A program made the position numbers and the translations under genes. This document shows, piece after piece, positions 34,469 through 37,616 of a stretch of DNA of 37,616 nucleotides (its first letter is position 1; each line of letters starts with the position of its first letter). The stretch is taken from positions 28,422 to 66,037 of the forward strand of contig JAQGDQ010001062.1 of the NCBI GenBank assembly GCA_030141605.1, in the 5' to 3' direction. The stretch is from Tubiluchus corallicola. Its lineage: Eukaryota; Animalia; Priapulida. The notes beneath the pieces are model-generated. The model was not told the origin of the DNA, ran no database searches, and saw only the letters and a list, made by a program, of their open reading frames with translations.

Positions 34469-35778
34469 GTATAGTAAATTTACTGTAGCTTATAAGAATA
34501 CTGAAGTATTTTAGTTTGTTAAAGCAAGACAGCACGAATTTTCATATCCTACTGAATTGTCAAGTACTGTAGAAAGTATACGTTTTAATAAAAGTAATAT
34601 TGCAAAAGCGTTTCTGCTAGTTAACTAATAGATTGAAATCTTCATAAACGGCGGGCGAGACCAACAATTGATGACATCACAAACTAACATAACTTTCAAC
34701 AATAAAAATATTCTACGAGCGTTTTGTATTTGTTTTGCAAAAGCGAACATTGAAGTACAGTGCGTTGTAAGATATTTGGTGTGTTGTACTAAAACTAGGC
34801 AAGTTTTAAGATAAAAATTCAAATTTCAAATTTACCGCTGTGCTCACGCATGAGCTGTCGAACGTGTGTATTAGGTCACAAACAAATTCCTCTGGATTGA
34901 AACGTACAGCACCTGTTTTTTGTGCAATGCGTTTCCGAAATGCAGGGTTAGTGCTCGTCTAACTAGCGAACGGCGAAATGCATGTTTATAGCGAAGAACT
35001 AGTGGCGCGAACGTGAAATTGTATTTGTGTGGTAATAATTCTTTCACGTAAGTCATTTTGGAAAAAATAGCGTGTTTCCTTTCTATGTTGAAAGAGTAGA
35101 TTGTTTTGACCTACAGTTTAAGATTGGGACCGGTTTTCCTTTAAAAAGCTTTCTTGTTGCTTATGGAATTGAACAGTATTCTTGTTGTTTCGTCTCTTGT
35201 TTTTCAATGCTGTTTATTGTGACAATTTCCCTTCACGTATGTAAGTTATAGAGGTACTTGAAAACGCAGGTTATGTCTCAGCGATTCAAAGCAATATGGC
35301 TGAGTAGTCAGGCCGCGAAGTTTAAGATGCTGGTTGGTAAATGGACGTGTGGCTGTTTCGTAAACAGCCTCTTCTTGGGTCTTACTAAAAACTTGACACG
35401 TTTTTGCATATTGATGTAAAGCCAAGTGCTTACTTCATGAATCTCAGTGTAAATTATGTGCTGTCTGTGTCAATTTTTTTATTTTGTTTGAATGCTGAGA
35501 TACATAATTGAGGGACACGTTATAGGCTGAACTATCACTACATACAGTGCAACACAAATGTTAGAAAATTTTCTATTAAATACAATGGCCCTTACATATG
35601 GAATTCAACTGCTCCAGCTATTAAAAATGCCAACTCGCTGTCCATATTTAAAAAAATTATAAATTAAATTTACTTGAAACATATAACTGATCACTCAATC
35701 ATGATTTGTTGTTTTTCATTTTCAAAAACTTCCCCTCTAGTATAATAATATTTTTATTACTTCCCACCCGTATTTCTA

Positions 35779-37610
35779 TATTGTCGCTTAAAAGTGTCAC
35801 CGGTAAAACCCGTTTACCTATATTGTTAAAAACCGAAAGAACTAATTTTATAGCAGTCATCCGACTTCGCTTTTACTAACACATAAATAATTGCTGACTT
35901 GCACCCTTGTGCAAGTTAATTGAACCACTGACAGATTTTACCGCATTTTTCCTTCCCACCCTCATGGTGTTTTCCAGCCAGGAACCGGGACTTGCAGGTT
36001 AACATTTGCTTCCCACCCTCATGGTGTTTTCCAGCCAGGAACCGGGACTTGCAGGCTAACATTTGCTTCCCACCCTCATGGTGTTTTCCAGCCAGGAACC
36101 GGGACTTGCAGGTTAACATTTGCTTCCCACCCTCATGGTGTTTTCCAGCCAGGAACCGGGACTTGCAGGTTAACATTTGCTTCCCACCCTCATGGTGTTT
36201 TCCAGCCAGGAACCGGGACTTGCAGGTTAACATTTCCTTCCCACCCTCATGGTGTTTTCCAGCCAGGAACCGGGACTTGCAGGTTAACATTTGCTTCCCA
36301 CCCTCATGGTGTTTTCCAGCCAGGAACCGGGACTTGCAGGTTAACATTTGCTTCCCACCCTCATGGTGTTTTCCAGCCAGGAACCGGGACTTGCAGGTTA
36401 ACATTTGCTTCCCACCCTCATGGTGTTTTCCAGCCAGGAACCGGGACTTGCAGGTTAACATTTGCTTCCCACCCTCATGGTGTTTTCCAGCCAGGAACCG
36501 GGACTTGCAGGTTAACATTTGCTTCCCACCCTCATGGTGTTTTCCAGCCAGGAACCGGGACTTGCAGGTTAACATTTGCTTCCCACCCTCATGGTGTTTT
36601 CCAGCCAGGAACCGGGACTTGCAGGTTAACATTTGCTTCCCACCCTCATGGTGTTTTCCAGCCAGGAACCGGGACTTGCAGGTTAACATTTCCTTCCCAC
36701 CCTCATGGTGTTTTCCAGCCAGGAACCGGGACTTGCAGGTTAACATTTCCTTCCCACCCTCATGGTGTTTTCCAGCCAGGAACTGGGACTTGCAGGTTAA
36801 CATTTGCTTCCCACCCTCATGGTGTTTTCCAGCCAGGAACCGGGACTTGCAGGTTAACATTTGCTTCCCACCCTCATGGTGTTTTCCAGCCAGGAACCGG
36901 GACTTGCAGGTTAACATTTCCTTCCCACCCTCATGGTGTTTTCCAGCCAGGAACCGGGACTTGCAGGTTAACATTTGCTTCCCACCCTCATGGTGTTTTC
37001 CAGCCAGGAACCGGGACTTGCAGGTTAACATTTGCTTCCCACCCTCATGGTGTTTTCCAGCCAGGAACCGGGACTTGCAGGTTAACATTTGCTTCCCACC
37101 CTCATGGTGTTTTCCAGCCAGGAACCGGGACTTGCAGGTTAACATTTGCTTCCCACCCTCATGGTGTTTTCCAGCCAGGAACCGGGACTTGCAGGTTAAC
37201 ATTTCCTTCCCACCCTCATGGTGTTTTCCAGCCAGGAACCGGGACTTGCAGGTTAACATTTCCTTCCCACCCTCATGGTGTTTTCCAGCCAGGAACCGGG
37301 ACTTGCAGGTTAACATTTCCTTCCCACCCTCATGGTGTTTTCCAGCCAGAAACTGGGACTTGCAGGTTAACATTTGCTTCCCACCCTCATGGTGTTTTCC
37401 AGCCAGGAACCGGGACTTGCAGGTTAACATTTGCTTCCCACCCTCATGGTGTTTTCCAGCCAGGAACCGGGACTTGCAGGTTAACATTTGCTTCCCACCC
37501 TCATGGTGTTTTCCAGCCAGGAACCGGGACTTGCAGGTTAACATTTCCTTCCCACCCTCATGGTGTTTTCCAGCCAGAAACTGGGACTTGCAGGTAAACA
37601 TTTGCTTCCC
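35779..37610 (+). mobile_element. Tc1-derived array-bearing element (right arm) inserted at TA 35777-35778 in the LINE 3' UTR of intron 8'
   Basis: Absent at the equivalent TA (29126-29127) of copy 1; reverse complement of 30444-32492. Confidence 0.7.
35948..37610 (-). repeat. 57-bp tandem array, ~29 copies, inverted relative to 30444-32323
   Basis: Direct reading. Confidence 0.98.
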
Positions 37611-37616
37611 TATGTT

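Larger units (their letters stand above)
32533..35779 (+). repeat. Segmental duplication copy 2 (CLCA-B exons 6-8)
   Basis: See 25700-29128. Confidence 0.97.

Overview
AT-rich, intron-rich animal DNA, probably a marine invertebrate; the taxon cannot be fixed from sequence alone. It holds part of a tandem CLCA cluster (calcium-activated chloride channel regulator, self-cleaving zincin) on the + strand, which I reconstructed by hand from GT-AG junctions with consistent phases. CLCA-A contributes its last 4 coding exons (FnIII, TM helix, Cys-rich tail; 2329-8038). CLCA-B contributes its first 9 coding exons (signal peptide, HEXXH metalloprotease, Cys-rich region, VWA; 16571-29549). Between them lies a near full-length decayed LINE (10548-15683, minus strand), bracketed exactly by ~290-bp direct repeats. 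The most unusual structures are in CLCA-B. (1) The exon-3 splice donor is tandemly amplified 9 times in a stop-free 36-bp unit, giving nine in-frame candidate donors next to the HEXXH site. (2) A recent complex rearrangement duplicated exons 6-8 between two inverted copies of a Tc1-derived element carrying a 57-bp array, with a triplicated/inverted 50-bp segment and a 10-bp microhomology junction. The introns are full of MITEs (hAT, Kolobok-like, Tc1/pogo-like), LINE 3' fragments, and mini/microsatellites, one apparently born inside a MITE. Nearly all long ORFs in the supplied track are repeat artefacts.
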